Source: Candidatus Omnitrophota bacterium (GTDB lineage Bacteria; Omnitrophota; Gorgyraeia; Tantalellales; Tantalellaceae). From it: DNA of 48,737 nucleotides. How positions within the stretch are numbered: the stretch's first letter is position 1; every line of letters starts with the position of its first letter. This document shows positions 1-8,221 of this stretch, piece after piece. Position numbers and translations under genes: made by a program. The notes below the pieces were generated by a model. It saw nothing but the letters and a program-made list of their open reading frames with translations, did not search any database and had not been told where the DNA came from. The DNA is taken from NCBI GenBank assembly GCA_043811395.1, contig JBDRNE010000007.1, positions 1-48,737 on the forward strand, read 5' to 3'.

Positions 1-193
1 TTTTAAAAATACGGATGCCTTCTTGATAAGCATGACGTTTCTCCCTGTTGAATTTATAATTTACAATTTTGGCTTATTTTATCATTACGTTCATATAAAC
101 GCAAGCCGTATTAGAAAAAGTCACATAGCACTTGATACAGAGTATCATTTACTTGCGGTTTTGTCAAGTTATTTTTATATTTTGTCAATAGCC

Positions 194-231
194 AAAAAAA
201 AAGAAACCTGCTCTAATAGCAGGCTTCTTTT
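194..231 (-). terminator. Rho-independent terminator candidate downstream of the sigma factor gene (symmetrical, could act in both directions)
   Basis: A9 run (194-202), 10-bp stem GAAACCTGCT (203-212) / AGCAGGCTTC (218-227) with one mismatch, 5-nt loop, then TTTT. On the minus strand this reads as hairpin plus T9, about 100 nt after the stop at 333. Confidence 0.6.
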
Positions 232-332
232 AGTCTATCTGATTTATCCTGGATTTTACAACGGTTCTTAACCTAGAGGTGTCGAATATTATACATTTGT
301 TAAAATTTTGCCGTTAAAATGTTAAATGTAAA

Positions 333-1232
333 CTATTTTTTTCTTAAGCTTTTTCGTTTTTTCGATTGTCTAGTTAACTTATCCTGCGCTTCTTGTTCCT
401 GATCTTCCATCATTTTTCTAAGTTTATGCATGCATGCGGCTTCAATTTGACGGACTCTTTCTCTGGTTATGCCAAAATGTTTAGCAGTATCTCTCAATGT
501 ATGAGAAACGCCGTCTTCCGTCAACCCGAACCTCAGCGTCAGGATTCGTTTCTCACGGTCAGTCATTTTTTCCAACAAACCCTCGATTCGTTCATGAAGC
601 AAAAATTTTGACAGTTCATCAACTGAATTAACGATACTCTCGTCCTCAATTAAGTCCATAAATTCTGAATCTCCGGATTCTCCGATCGGGGCGTTCAAAC
701 TGGCAATGTTGGAAGCCATATGGCTTAGCTGGCGTACACGAGAAACCGGAAGTTTCATTTTTTTCGCGATATCGCCTAGCTGAGGGTTCTTCTTCATTCG
801 TTGCAAAAGATGTTTTTTGACTTTGTGAAAACGCATCAGCATTTCCATAACATAAACCGGTATGCGTACGGTTTTCCCCTGGTTTGCCACGGCTCTGGTA
901 ATAAACTGTTTAATCCACCATGCCGCGTAAGTGCTAAACCTGTAACCTTTATGAGGATCATACTTTGTAACCGCCTTCATAAGCCCCAGGTTTCCTTCTT
1001 CGATCAAGTCTAACATTGGCACACCCAAATAACTATATTTCTTCGCAATATTGATGACCAGCCGCAGGTTGCTTTGAATCATTTGCTGACGCGCTTTTTT
1101 GTTACCTTTTTTTATCTTGATTGCTAAGTCTTTTTCCTGTTCCGCCGTTAAAAGCGGCAAATCCCGTATGTCTTTAAGATAAAGTTTTATCGCATCCATA
1201 CTTAGTGTATTGCGGTTTCTGTTTACCTGCAA
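333..1232 (-). CDS. RNA polymerase sigma factor, sigma-70 family (RpoD/RpoS-like)
   Basis: 299-aa ORF. The listed start is TTG (revcomp of caa at 1230-1232); ATG at 1199 is an alternative. Region 1.2 'LYLKDIRDLPLLTAEQEKDLA', region 2 'DLIEEGNLGLMKAVTKYDPHKGYRFSTYAAWWIKQ', region 4.2 HTH 'TLRDTAKHFGITRERVRQIE'. Confidence 0.85.
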   Translation of the reverse strand: MQVNRNRNTLSMDAIKLYLKDIRDLPLLTAEQEKDLAIKIKKGNKKARQQMIQSNLRLVINIAKKYSYLGVPMLDLIEEGNLGLMKAVTKYDPHKGYRFSTYAAWWIKQFITRAVANQGKTVRIPVYVMEMLMRFHKVKKHLLQRMKKNPQLGDIAKKMKLPVSRVRQLSHMASNIASLNAPIGESGDSEFMDLIEDESIVNSVDELSKFLLHERIEGLLEKMTDREKRILTLRFGLTEDGVSHTLRDTAKHFGITRERVRQIEAACMHKLRKMMEDQEQEAQDKLTRQSKKRKSLRKK

Positions 1233-1308
1233 ATACCCTTTTCAGAACCGCAATTACTCCTCTCTTTTTAGGTTTGTCACCTTTCTCGCTTATTTATCAC
1301 CATCCCTC

Positions 1309-1349
1309 TGTTTGTTCCGCTGTTTGTAGCACAAACAGCGGAACAAACA
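1309..1349. other. Perfect 19-bp stem hairpin/palindrome between ppdK stop and sigma gene start
   Basis: TGTTTGTTCCGCTGTTTGT (1309-1327), loop AGC, ACAAACAGCGGAACAAACA (1331-1349). No U-tract follows on the minus strand. Confidence 0.6.
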
Positions 1350-1361
1350 ACGTCTCTATTT

Positions 1362-4124
1362 TTACGCCATAATCGTAGCCTGCGCGGCGGCAAGCCTGGC
1401 TATCGGAACACGAAACGGAGAACAGCTTACATAATCCATACCGGCCTTGTAACAAAACAGTATCGAATTAGGATCCCCACCGTGTTCACCGCAGATACCA
1501 ATTTTAAGTTTTGGCTTAACTTTTCTACCACGATCAATACCCATTGTAATCAGCTGACCCACGCCTTCAGTATCCAACGACTGAAAAGGGTCTCCCGCGA
1601 GTATATCCTTATCCAAATACGGAGCCAGAAACCCGCCCATATCGTCACGGGAAAAGCCATAACTCATCTGCGTCAAGTCATTAGTACCGAAAGAGAAAAA
1701 TTCAGTTTCTTTCGCGATCTTGCCTGCAGTAAGCGCCGCACGCGGGATTTCTATCATTGTTCCAATCATAAGCGGAAGCTTTTTAAGGTTGTATTTCTTT
1801 AGGACTTCACTTTTTACGCGAGTTATGATTACTTTCTGGTTGTCAATCTCTTTATCCGTTCCGACAACCGGTATCATTATTTCCGGTAATACCTTTTTGT
1901 TTTCTTTAATCAGTTCCGCGGTCGCTTCAAGTATCGCCCGTACCTGCATTTCCGTTATTTCCGGATAAGTTATACCTAATCGAACCCCGCGGTGTCCCAT
2001 CATGGGATTACTTTCCTTGAGTAACGCTACGCGTTTTTCAAGATTCGGCATCCCGACATTAAGGCTTTTCGCCAATTCCTTCAGCTGTTCCTTCTGATGA
2101 GGAACAAATTCATGCAACGGCGGATCCAACAGCCTTATTGTAACTGGAAGACCTACCATGGCTTTAAGTGTCCCTTTGATATCCGTTTTAACAAATGGAA
2201 ACAGTTCATCAAGTGCCGCTTTTCTGTCTTCCACAGAATCTGATAATATCATTTTTCTGAGTTTGAAAAGCGGTTCTTCAGAACCAACACCGTAAAACAT
2301 GTGTTCCGTCCGGAAAAGACCAATACCTTCGGCTCCAAAATCACGCGCCCTTTGCGCGTCTTCCGGAGTATCAGCGTTTGTTCTTATTTTCATTGTTCTA
2401 ACAGCATCACATATTTTCAGAAAAGCATTTAAAGTCTTGTTTTCTTTTGTCGCGTCTATCATCGGCAGAACATCTTTGAAAACAAGACCTTTTGTCCCGT
2501 TCAGAGTAATCCAATCCCCTTCTTTAAGAGTTACATCACCCATTTTGGCCGTTTTCTTAGTGTAATCTATTTCAAGTTCGCTACAGCCAACAACGCAACA
2601 TTTCCCCCATCCACGTGCAACAAGCGCCGCGTGCGAAGTCATACCGCCACGTGTAGTCAATATCGCCTGTGCGGCACGCATCCCTTCAACGTCTTCAGGG
2701 TTGGTTTCTTCTCGTACAAGAATAACATCTTTACCATTTTTCGCCCATTCAACAGAACTCTCGGAATCAAACACTATTCTACCAATGGCTCCGCCAGGCC
2801 CTGCTGGCAAACCTTTTGCCAACGCTTTTTTTGTTTTTTCCACGTCCGGATCTATAATCGGATGCAATAGTTCATCAAGCTGAGACGGTTTTACGCGCAT
2901 CACGGCTTCTTTCTTGGTAATTAGTTTTTCGTTTACCATATCCACCGCCATTTTAACTGCCGCAGGCCCGTTACGTTTTCCTACACGTGTCTGCAGAAGA
3001 TAAAGCTCACCGTCTTCAATGGTAAACTCAATATCCTGCATATCACGATAGTGTTTCTCAAGTTTTTTTTGTATCCCATTCAGCTGTTTGTATACTCGTG
3101 GTAAAAAATCTTCCAACATAAGCTCGTGTTTATTATGATCACTCTGCGAGTTTTTATTTATCGGCGCTGGCGTTCTTGTTCCCGCGACAACATCTTCACC
3201 TTGCGCGTTTATGAGGTACTCACCGTAAAAATTGTTGTCACCATTACCTGGATTACGTGTAAAAGCTACACCAGTCGCTGACTTATCCCCCATGTTTCCA
3301 AAAACCATGGCCTGAACATTAACTGCCGTTCCCCATTCTTGCGGAATATTTTCAATTTTTCGATATGAAATAGCCCTTTTCCCGTTCCATGACGAAAATA
3401 CCGCTCCGATACCGCCCCATAACTGCTTTTCATGGTCATCCGGAAACTCTTTGCCCAATACCTGTTTTATCTTCTTCTTGTAGTTATCGCAAAGATCTTT
3501 CAAGTCTTCCGCGCTAAGGTCGGTATCAAGTTTCACACCTCTTTCTTCTTTTTTTTGTTCAAGAAGTTTTTCAAGTTGTTGGCGGATACCTTTGCCTTCC
3601 CGAACTTCTATTCCCGCGGCTTTTTCCATAACAACATCAGAATACATGGTAATAAGCCTTCTGTACGCGTCGTATACAAACCTTTCGTTGCCGCTTTTCT
3701 TAATAATACCATCTATCGTTTTTGTTGTCAGCCCGACATTAAGAACTGTTTCCATCATCCCCGGCATAGACTGCCTTGCTCCTGAACGTACAGACACAAG
3801 AAGCGGATTTTGAGCGTCACCGAACTTTTTACCCATTACGTTTTCCACTTTTTTCATTGCTTTATTAACTTCTTCGGTAAGCCCTTGAGGGTATTTACCT
3901 TTATTTTTATAATACGCCGTACATACGTCCGTTGTTACTGTAAAACCTGCCGGCACGGGAATCTTTAATTTTGGGTGGCCTGCCATTTCCGCAAGGTTAG
4001 CGCCTTTACCGCCCAATAAATTCTTCATGCTTCCGTTGCCGTCAGCTTTTTCGCCGCCAAAGAAATATACATTCTTCTTTGATTTCGAAGCTGTTACTTT
4101 TTTTCCAACTGTTTGCTTACTCAT
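1362..4124 (-). CDS. ppdK: Pyruvate, phosphate dikinase
   Basis: 920-aa ORF, ATG start. 'LLGGKGANLAEM' N-terminal ATP-grasp motif, phospho-His swivel 'TTRGGMTSHAALVARGWGK', PEP-utiliser C-terminus 'ICGEHGGDP'. Confidence 0.95.
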   Translation of the reverse strand: MSKQTVGKKVTASKSKKNVYFFGGEKADGNGSMKNLLGGKGANLAEMAGHPKLKIPVPAGFTVTTDVCTAYYKNKGKYPQGLTEEVNKAMKKVENVMGKKFGDAQNPLLVSVRSGARQSMPGMMETVLNVGLTTKTIDGIIKKSGNERFVYDAYRRLITMYSDVVMEKAAGIEVREGKGIRQQLEKLLEQKKEERGVKLDTDLSAEDLKDLCDNYKKKIKQVLGKEFPDDHEKQLWGGIGAVFSSWNGKRAISYRKIENIPQEWGTAVNVQAMVFGNMGDKSATGVAFTRNPGNGDNNFYGEYLINAQGEDVVAGTRTPAPINKNSQSDHNKHELMLEDFLPRVYKQLNGIQKKLEKHYRDMQDIEFTIEDGELYLLQTRVGKRNGPAAVKMAVDMVNEKLITKKEAVMRVKPSQLDELLHPIIDPDVEKTKKALAKGLPAGPGGAIGRIVFDSESSVEWAKNGKDVILVREETNPEDVEGMRAAQAILTTRGGMTSHAALVARGWGKCCVVGCSELEIDYTKKTAKMGDVTLKEGDWITLNGTKGLVFKDVLPMIDATKENKTLNAFLKICDAVRTMKIRTNADTPEDAQRARDFGAEGIGLFRTEHMFYGVGSEEPLFKLRKMILSDSVEDRKAALDELFPFVKTDIKGTLKAMVGLPVTIRLLDPPLHEFVPHQKEQLKELAKSLNVGMPNLEKRVALLKESNPMMGHRGVRLGITYPEITEMQVRAILEATAELIKENKKVLPEIMIPVVGTDKEIDNQKVIITRVKSEVLKKYNLKKLPLMIGTMIEIPRAALTAGKIAKETEFFSFGTNDLTQMSYGFSRDDMGGFLAPYLDKDILAGDPFQSLDTEGVGQLITMGIDRGRKVKPKLKIGICGEHGGDPNSILFCYKAGMDYVSCSPFRVPIARLAAAQATIMA

Positions 4125-4198
4125 CGTACCTGTTCCTCCCCTTTTTGTGTGAACTCTTCTTCACCCTTGTTAACAAAAATAAGCCTGAAAAATAATGC

Positions 4199-5503
4199 TT
4201 ATAACTCAAGCTTTTTACTCATATAGTCTCCCAAGAGGGAGACGCCAACTCTTTCCTGTTCCATTGTATCGCGTTCGCGTACAGTTACCTTGTTATCGTC
4301 CAATGACTCAACATCAACGGTAATACAATAAGGCGTACCGATTTCATCCTGCCTCCGATACAACCGCCCAATTGATGCCGTGTCATCATACACCACACGG
4401 TATTTTCCGCCAAGTTCGGCTCTAATTTTACGCGCTTTCTCGACAATTTCCGGGCGATTTTTAAGAAGCGGCAGAACTGCGATTTTTATCGGCGCAAGGC
4501 GTTTATCAATTGACAAATAAACGCGATTTTTGTCTCTTACTTTTTCCGATTTGTACGCATCAACCAAAAACGCGAGAATTGCCCGGTCAATACCGCCTGA
4601 TGGTTCGATGACATACGGCAAATAGCCTTTTCCCAGGTTGTCATCAAAATACTGCAGGTTGGCTCCGCTTATTTTGGCATGCTGTTTTAGATCATAATCC
4701 GTTCTGCTAGCAATACCTTCAAGTTCGGACCATCCCATTGGAAAAAGAAATTCAATGTCATGACATCTTTTAGCATAATGTGCAAGTTCATGTTTTTCGT
4801 GTTCACGAAGACGCAGATTTGATTTATCAATGCCCAAAGACAAATACCAGTTTAACCGTTCCGCCACCCAATAATCATACCATTTTTCATCTTCACCGGG
4901 TTTTACAAAAAATTCCAATTCCATCTGTTCAAATTCACGGCTTCGAAACGTAAAATTGCCTGTCGTAATTTCGTTTCGAAAAGACTTTCCTATCTGGGCA
5001 ACTCCAAATGGAAGTTTTTGCCGACTGGAATTAAGGATGTTCTCAAAATTTACGAATATTCCCTGGGCGGTTTCAGGTCGTAAATACACATCCAATGCCT
5101 GACCTTCAACCGAACCAACCTGTGTTTTAAACATCAGATTGAAGCTTTTAGGGTCAGTAAGCGCACCCCCGCATTCCGGGCATTCTTTGCCCTTTAAGTG
5201 ATCTATCCTGAAACGTTTTTTGCATTCTCTGCAGTCAACCATCATATCCGCAAAAGACCCGACATGCCCCGAAGCTTTCCAAGTTTCAGGGTTCATTATA
5301 ATCGCGGCATCCAATCCTTCCACATCACTGCGATCATATACCATACTTTTCCACCACTGGTCTTTAACGTTCTTTTTAAGCTCAACTCCCAGCGGACCAT
5401 AATCCCAAACGCTTCCTATGCCGCCATAAATTTCGCTATCCTGAAAGACAAACCCCCGGCGCTTACAAAGATTGGCAATATCCTTTAAAGTTACTTTATC
5501 CAT
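4199..5503 (-). CDS. glyQS: Glycine--tRNA ligase (dimeric GlyQS type)
   Basis: 434-aa ORF. N-terminus 'LCKRRGFVFQDSEIYGGIGSVWDYGPLG', 'YLRPETAQGIF', 'SFRNEIT', with anticodon-binding C-terminus typical of class II alpha2 GlyRS. Confidence 0.92.
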   Translation of the reverse strand: MDKVTLKDIANLCKRRGFVFQDSEIYGGIGSVWDYGPLGVELKKNVKDQWWKSMVYDRSDVEGLDAAIIMNPETWKASGHVGSFADMMVDCRECKKRFRIDHLKGKECPECGGALTDPKSFNLMFKTQVGSVEGQALDVYLRPETAQGIFVNFENILNSSRQKLPFGVAQIGKSFRNEITTGNFTFRSREFEQMELEFFVKPGEDEKWYDYWVAERLNWYLSLGIDKSNLRLREHEKHELAHYAKRCHDIEFLFPMGWSELEGIASRTDYDLKQHAKISGANLQYFDDNLGKGYLPYVIEPSGGIDRAILAFLVDAYKSEKVRDKNRVYLSIDKRLAPIKIAVLPLLKNRPEIVEKARKIRAELGGKYRVVYDDTASIGRLYRRQDEIGTPYCITVDVESLDDNKVTVRERDTMEQERVGVSLLGDYMSKKLEL

Positions 5504-5550
5504 TTATTTCTCTTCTGTTGTTTTTGTCTCCCGCGCGTGTTGCTCGTATG

Positions 5551-6330
5551 CTAAGAAACAAAAGATGTATACCTGGTTTTTATTTTTTCGATCTCTTCCA
5601 AAAACTTTAATGACTTAATCGGGTAGTTAATATAATAACCCAAAAACTTTTTTAAAATTACCTCTGTTTCGCGGCCAACTTCTTTGCTTACTTTTATCTG
5701 GGCTATTTTATCAAAATCGTTCTGCTGAATTTTTTTTATAAAGTTAACCGTGCCGTTTGACAAACTAATAAAAGCTCCAGAAACTTTTCCGCATTTTTCG
5801 CACAAAACCCCGCCGTTTTTAACACTAAACAAATTTAATCCGTCTCCAGCATACCCGCATCTCGCGCACACCTCCATTTGCGGATTAAGACCTAAAACGT
5901 TAAGCAGTTTTAGTTCAAATATCCTGGCCGCGCGACGCGCGCTTATTTTTGACGCAAGCAGTTTTAGACTTTCCGTTAATATCCGGTAAATTTCTTCGTT
6001 TACATCATATTCGTTTGTTACGACATTAACTAATTCTATAAAATAATTCGCATATGTCAACCTTTCTATATCTTTTCTTATTGGAAGAAAAAAATCTAGG
6101 GTCTCACACTGCGTTATAAGATCCATTGCTTTCTTCTTTTTTTTATAAAAAAGTAGTCTGCATTGCGTAAAGATTTCAAAGTTTCCCGCGAATTGTGGGT
6201 ACGGCGCTCGGATACCTTTAATAACACCTTTTATCTTTCCGAATTCTTTTGTAAACGCAACTATAATGTAACTGGTTTCGCGCAAAAAATATTTTTTAAG
6301 AATAATGCCTTCGGCTTTTTGCACCGCCAT
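5551..6330 (-). CDS. recO: DNA repair protein RecO
   Basis: 259-aa ORF. OB-fold-like N-terminus 'AEGIILKK..RETSYIIV.FTKEFGK' and Cys4 zinc motif 'CARCG...CEKCG'. It sits in the conserved phoH-ybeY-dgkA...recO neighbourhood. Confidence 0.85.
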   Translation of the reverse strand: MAVQKAEGIILKKYFLRETSYIIVAFTKEFGKIKGVIKGIRAPYPQFAGNFEIFTQCRLLFYKKKKKAMDLITQCETLDFFLPIRKDIERLTYANYFIELVNVVTNEYDVNEEIYRILTESLKLLASKISARRAARIFELKLLNVLGLNPQMEVCARCGYAGDGLNLFSVKNGGVLCEKCGKVSGAFISLSNGTVNFIKKIQQNDFDKIAQIKVSKEVGRETEVILKKFLGYYINYPIKSLKFLEEIEKIKTRYTSFVS

Positions 6331-6362
6331 TACAAAATAGTCCTTGTTGTTAACCTTGCCTG

Positions 6363-7016
6363 TTACGCTTTTATGTTTCCGCTTTCGCCAATTTCATTGC
6401 ACGGCGAAAATGAACCGCCAGAAATAACCAGTTTCATTCCGTCTTCAACGCTCATTTTCAGAAAAAATACTTCTTCTTTCGGTACGACTAAAAAAAGCCC
6501 GCTTGTCGGGTTCGGCGTTGTCGGCACAAAAACGCTTAAACACTCTTTGCCGATTTTCTGGTTAATTTCGCCTTTCGCGTCACCAGTCGTAAACCCGATT
6601 GAATATATTCCTTTTCGCGGATATTCCAGCATTACCACTTCTCTAAATATGGTTTTGCCCTGTCCCAAGAGTGCTGAAAATATCTGTTTTGCCGCGTTAT
6701 ATATTCTGCCCAAAATCGGCACCTTTATAAAAAGTTTTTCGCCATGCGAAAAAAATCTTTTTATAAACAAAATTTTTGCGGCCCACCCTATAATCGCGAT
6801 CGCCAAAATAACTAAAAGGAATATTAAAGTTTTTGCGACATATATGCGCCTGAGCCCCATTACCACCGGCGTAAAAAGTTTCATAATCGGATCTAGCACG
6901 ATGTTGTTTACCTGCAACGCCAAAAATTTTATCAGCACAACAGTAAGAACAATTGGCAAAAGAAGCACAACCCCATTAATAAAATAAACTAAAAACTTGT
7001 TCCATGTTTTTTTCAT
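6363..7016 (-). CDS. DUF502-like integral membrane protein
   Basis: The ORF track gives 6363..7049. I prefer ATG at 7016 ('MKKTWNKFLVYF...') preceded by GGTGGGG. Two N-terminal TM helices then a soluble domain ending 'VPTTPNPTSG', as in the DUF502 family. Confidence 0.6.
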   Translation of the reverse strand: MKKTWNKFLVYFINGVVLLLPIVLTVVLIKFLALQVNNIVLDPIMKLFTPVVMGLRRIYVAKTLIFLLVILAIAIIGWAAKILFIKRFFSHGEKLFIKVPILGRIYNAAKQIFSALLGQGKTIFREVVMLEYPRKGIYSIGFTTGDAKGEINQKIGKECLSVFVPTTPNPTSGLFLVVPKEEVFFLKMSVEDGMKLVISGGSFSPCNEIGESGNIKA

Positions 7017-7050
7017 AACCCCACCCTGTGTTTTATATGACACCAGCAAC

Positions 7051-7776
7051 TCATGATAACAACTGAAATATTAGCAAGGTAACAAGCGTGCCGATAACAC
7101 TCCCAGCCACAACTTGCGCCAAAGAGTGTATTCCCATTGCCATACGGCTCTTGGCAATTAAAACAGCCATAACCAATACTAAAAGTGAAACCATTGTGTT
7201 TTCCGTAACCAAGGAAACTACAACCCAAACCGCAAAAGCAACAGCTGAATGCCCGCTTGGCATGCCTCCGCGTAAAAGGTCTTTTTCTTTACGAATAATT
7301 TTTATTAAAAGAACTAGCCCCACAACCACCAAAAGGACTATAAACGTTATATGCCATGACGACTGTTTTATGATAAAAAAAGATTTTCCGACACATCCTT
7401 GCAGGCGTTTGTAAAGCAGTATATATCCGACAACTACCGCGTTTACTGAACTTACAAAAACAGCGCCAGCGGCGATATCTTTAATTACCTTAGCTCCCGG
7501 ATGAAACTTTTTACTAATAAGATCCGTCAAATACTCAATTGCCGTATTAAACATTTCGCAAACTAAGACAAACGTTACCGCAAAACAAAGAAGCATAAGT
7601 TCTATTGAATTAAGGCTAAAATAAATTCCCGCGATTATTGCCAGAAACCCTATCAAAAAATGCAGACGCATATTGCGTTCCGCCCGCAAAGTATGAACAA
7701 CACCTTCTAAAGCGGCACTAACACTGCGAATAAAACTTTTACTATATGAATCTTCTGGTTTTTTGCAGGTATTCAT
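7051..7776 (-). CDS. dgkA: Diacylglycerol/undecaprenol kinase (DgkA) fused to a C-terminal minimal PAP2-type phosphatase domain
   Basis: Residues ~1-125 carry DgkA motifs 'CEMFNTAIEYLTDL' and 'KDIAAGAVF'. Residues ~126-241 add 4 TM helices with PAP2 motifs 'PSGHS' and 'SRMAMGIHSLAQVVAG'. Confidence 0.75.
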   Translation of the reverse strand: MNTCKKPEDSYSKSFIRSVSAALEGVVHTLRAERNMRLHFLIGFLAIIAGIYFSLNSIELMLLCFAVTFVLVCEMFNTAIEYLTDLISKKFHPGAKVIKDIAAGAVFVSSVNAVVVGYILLYKRLQGCVGKSFFIIKQSSWHITFIVLLVVVGLVLLIKIIRKEKDLLRGGMPSGHSAVAFAVWVVVSLVTENTMVSLLVLVMAVLIAKSRMAMGIHSLAQVVAGSVIGTLVTLLIFQLLS

Positions 7777-8221
7777 TTTCCTTTTTCTTCATTACCTTTT
7801 TTTTCTCAGACGAAACGTCATCATACCCTAACAGATGAAGTAGCCCATGAATAACATAAAGCGCTGTTTCTTCTTTAAAGCTCGTGCCATAAATTTTCGC
7901 GTTATAAAAAGCTTTATCCGATGAAATGATTATATCCCCTAAGAAATTACTTCCCCCCTGGAACGCAGGGCAAAAAGACTCTTCAGAACCTTGCCTTTTT
8001 TTGTTCATTGACTCAACAGGAAACGCCATTACATCAGTTGATACGTCTTTGCCTAGATAAGTTCTGTGAACCGCGCGCATTTTCTGGCTACTTACAAAAA
8101 TAATGTTTACTTCTGCATTCTTTTTTTCAGAATTTTTTAATACCGCGACAGCCGTTTTTTTTATCCCAGAAAGATTAATCTTTCTTTTTTTGTTTTGGTT
8201 TCTGCAGTTTATCCGTATCAT
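7742..8221 (-). CDS. ybeY: rRNA maturation endoribonuclease YbeY
   Basis: 159-aa ORF with zinc-binding signature 'HGLLHLLGYDD'. Overlaps both neighbours, which suggests operon coupling. Confidence 0.9.
   Translation of the reverse strand: MIRINCRNQNKKRKINLSGIKKTAVAVLKNSEKKNAEVNIIFVSSQKMRAVHRTYLGKDVSTDVMAFPVESMNKKRQGSEESFCPAFQGGSNFLGDIIISSDKAFYNAKIYGTSFKEETALYVIHGLLHLLGYDDVSSEKKKVMKKKENEYLQKTRRFI

Noticed and set aside
6163-6987. 274-aa plus-strand ORF, the longest plus-strand ORF in the track
   Set aside because: It lies entirely antisense to recO and the DUF502 gene, which have clear family motifs. Its product is low-complexity (F/I/S/K-rich) with no recognisable motif, as expected for a shadow ORF in AT-rich DNA.
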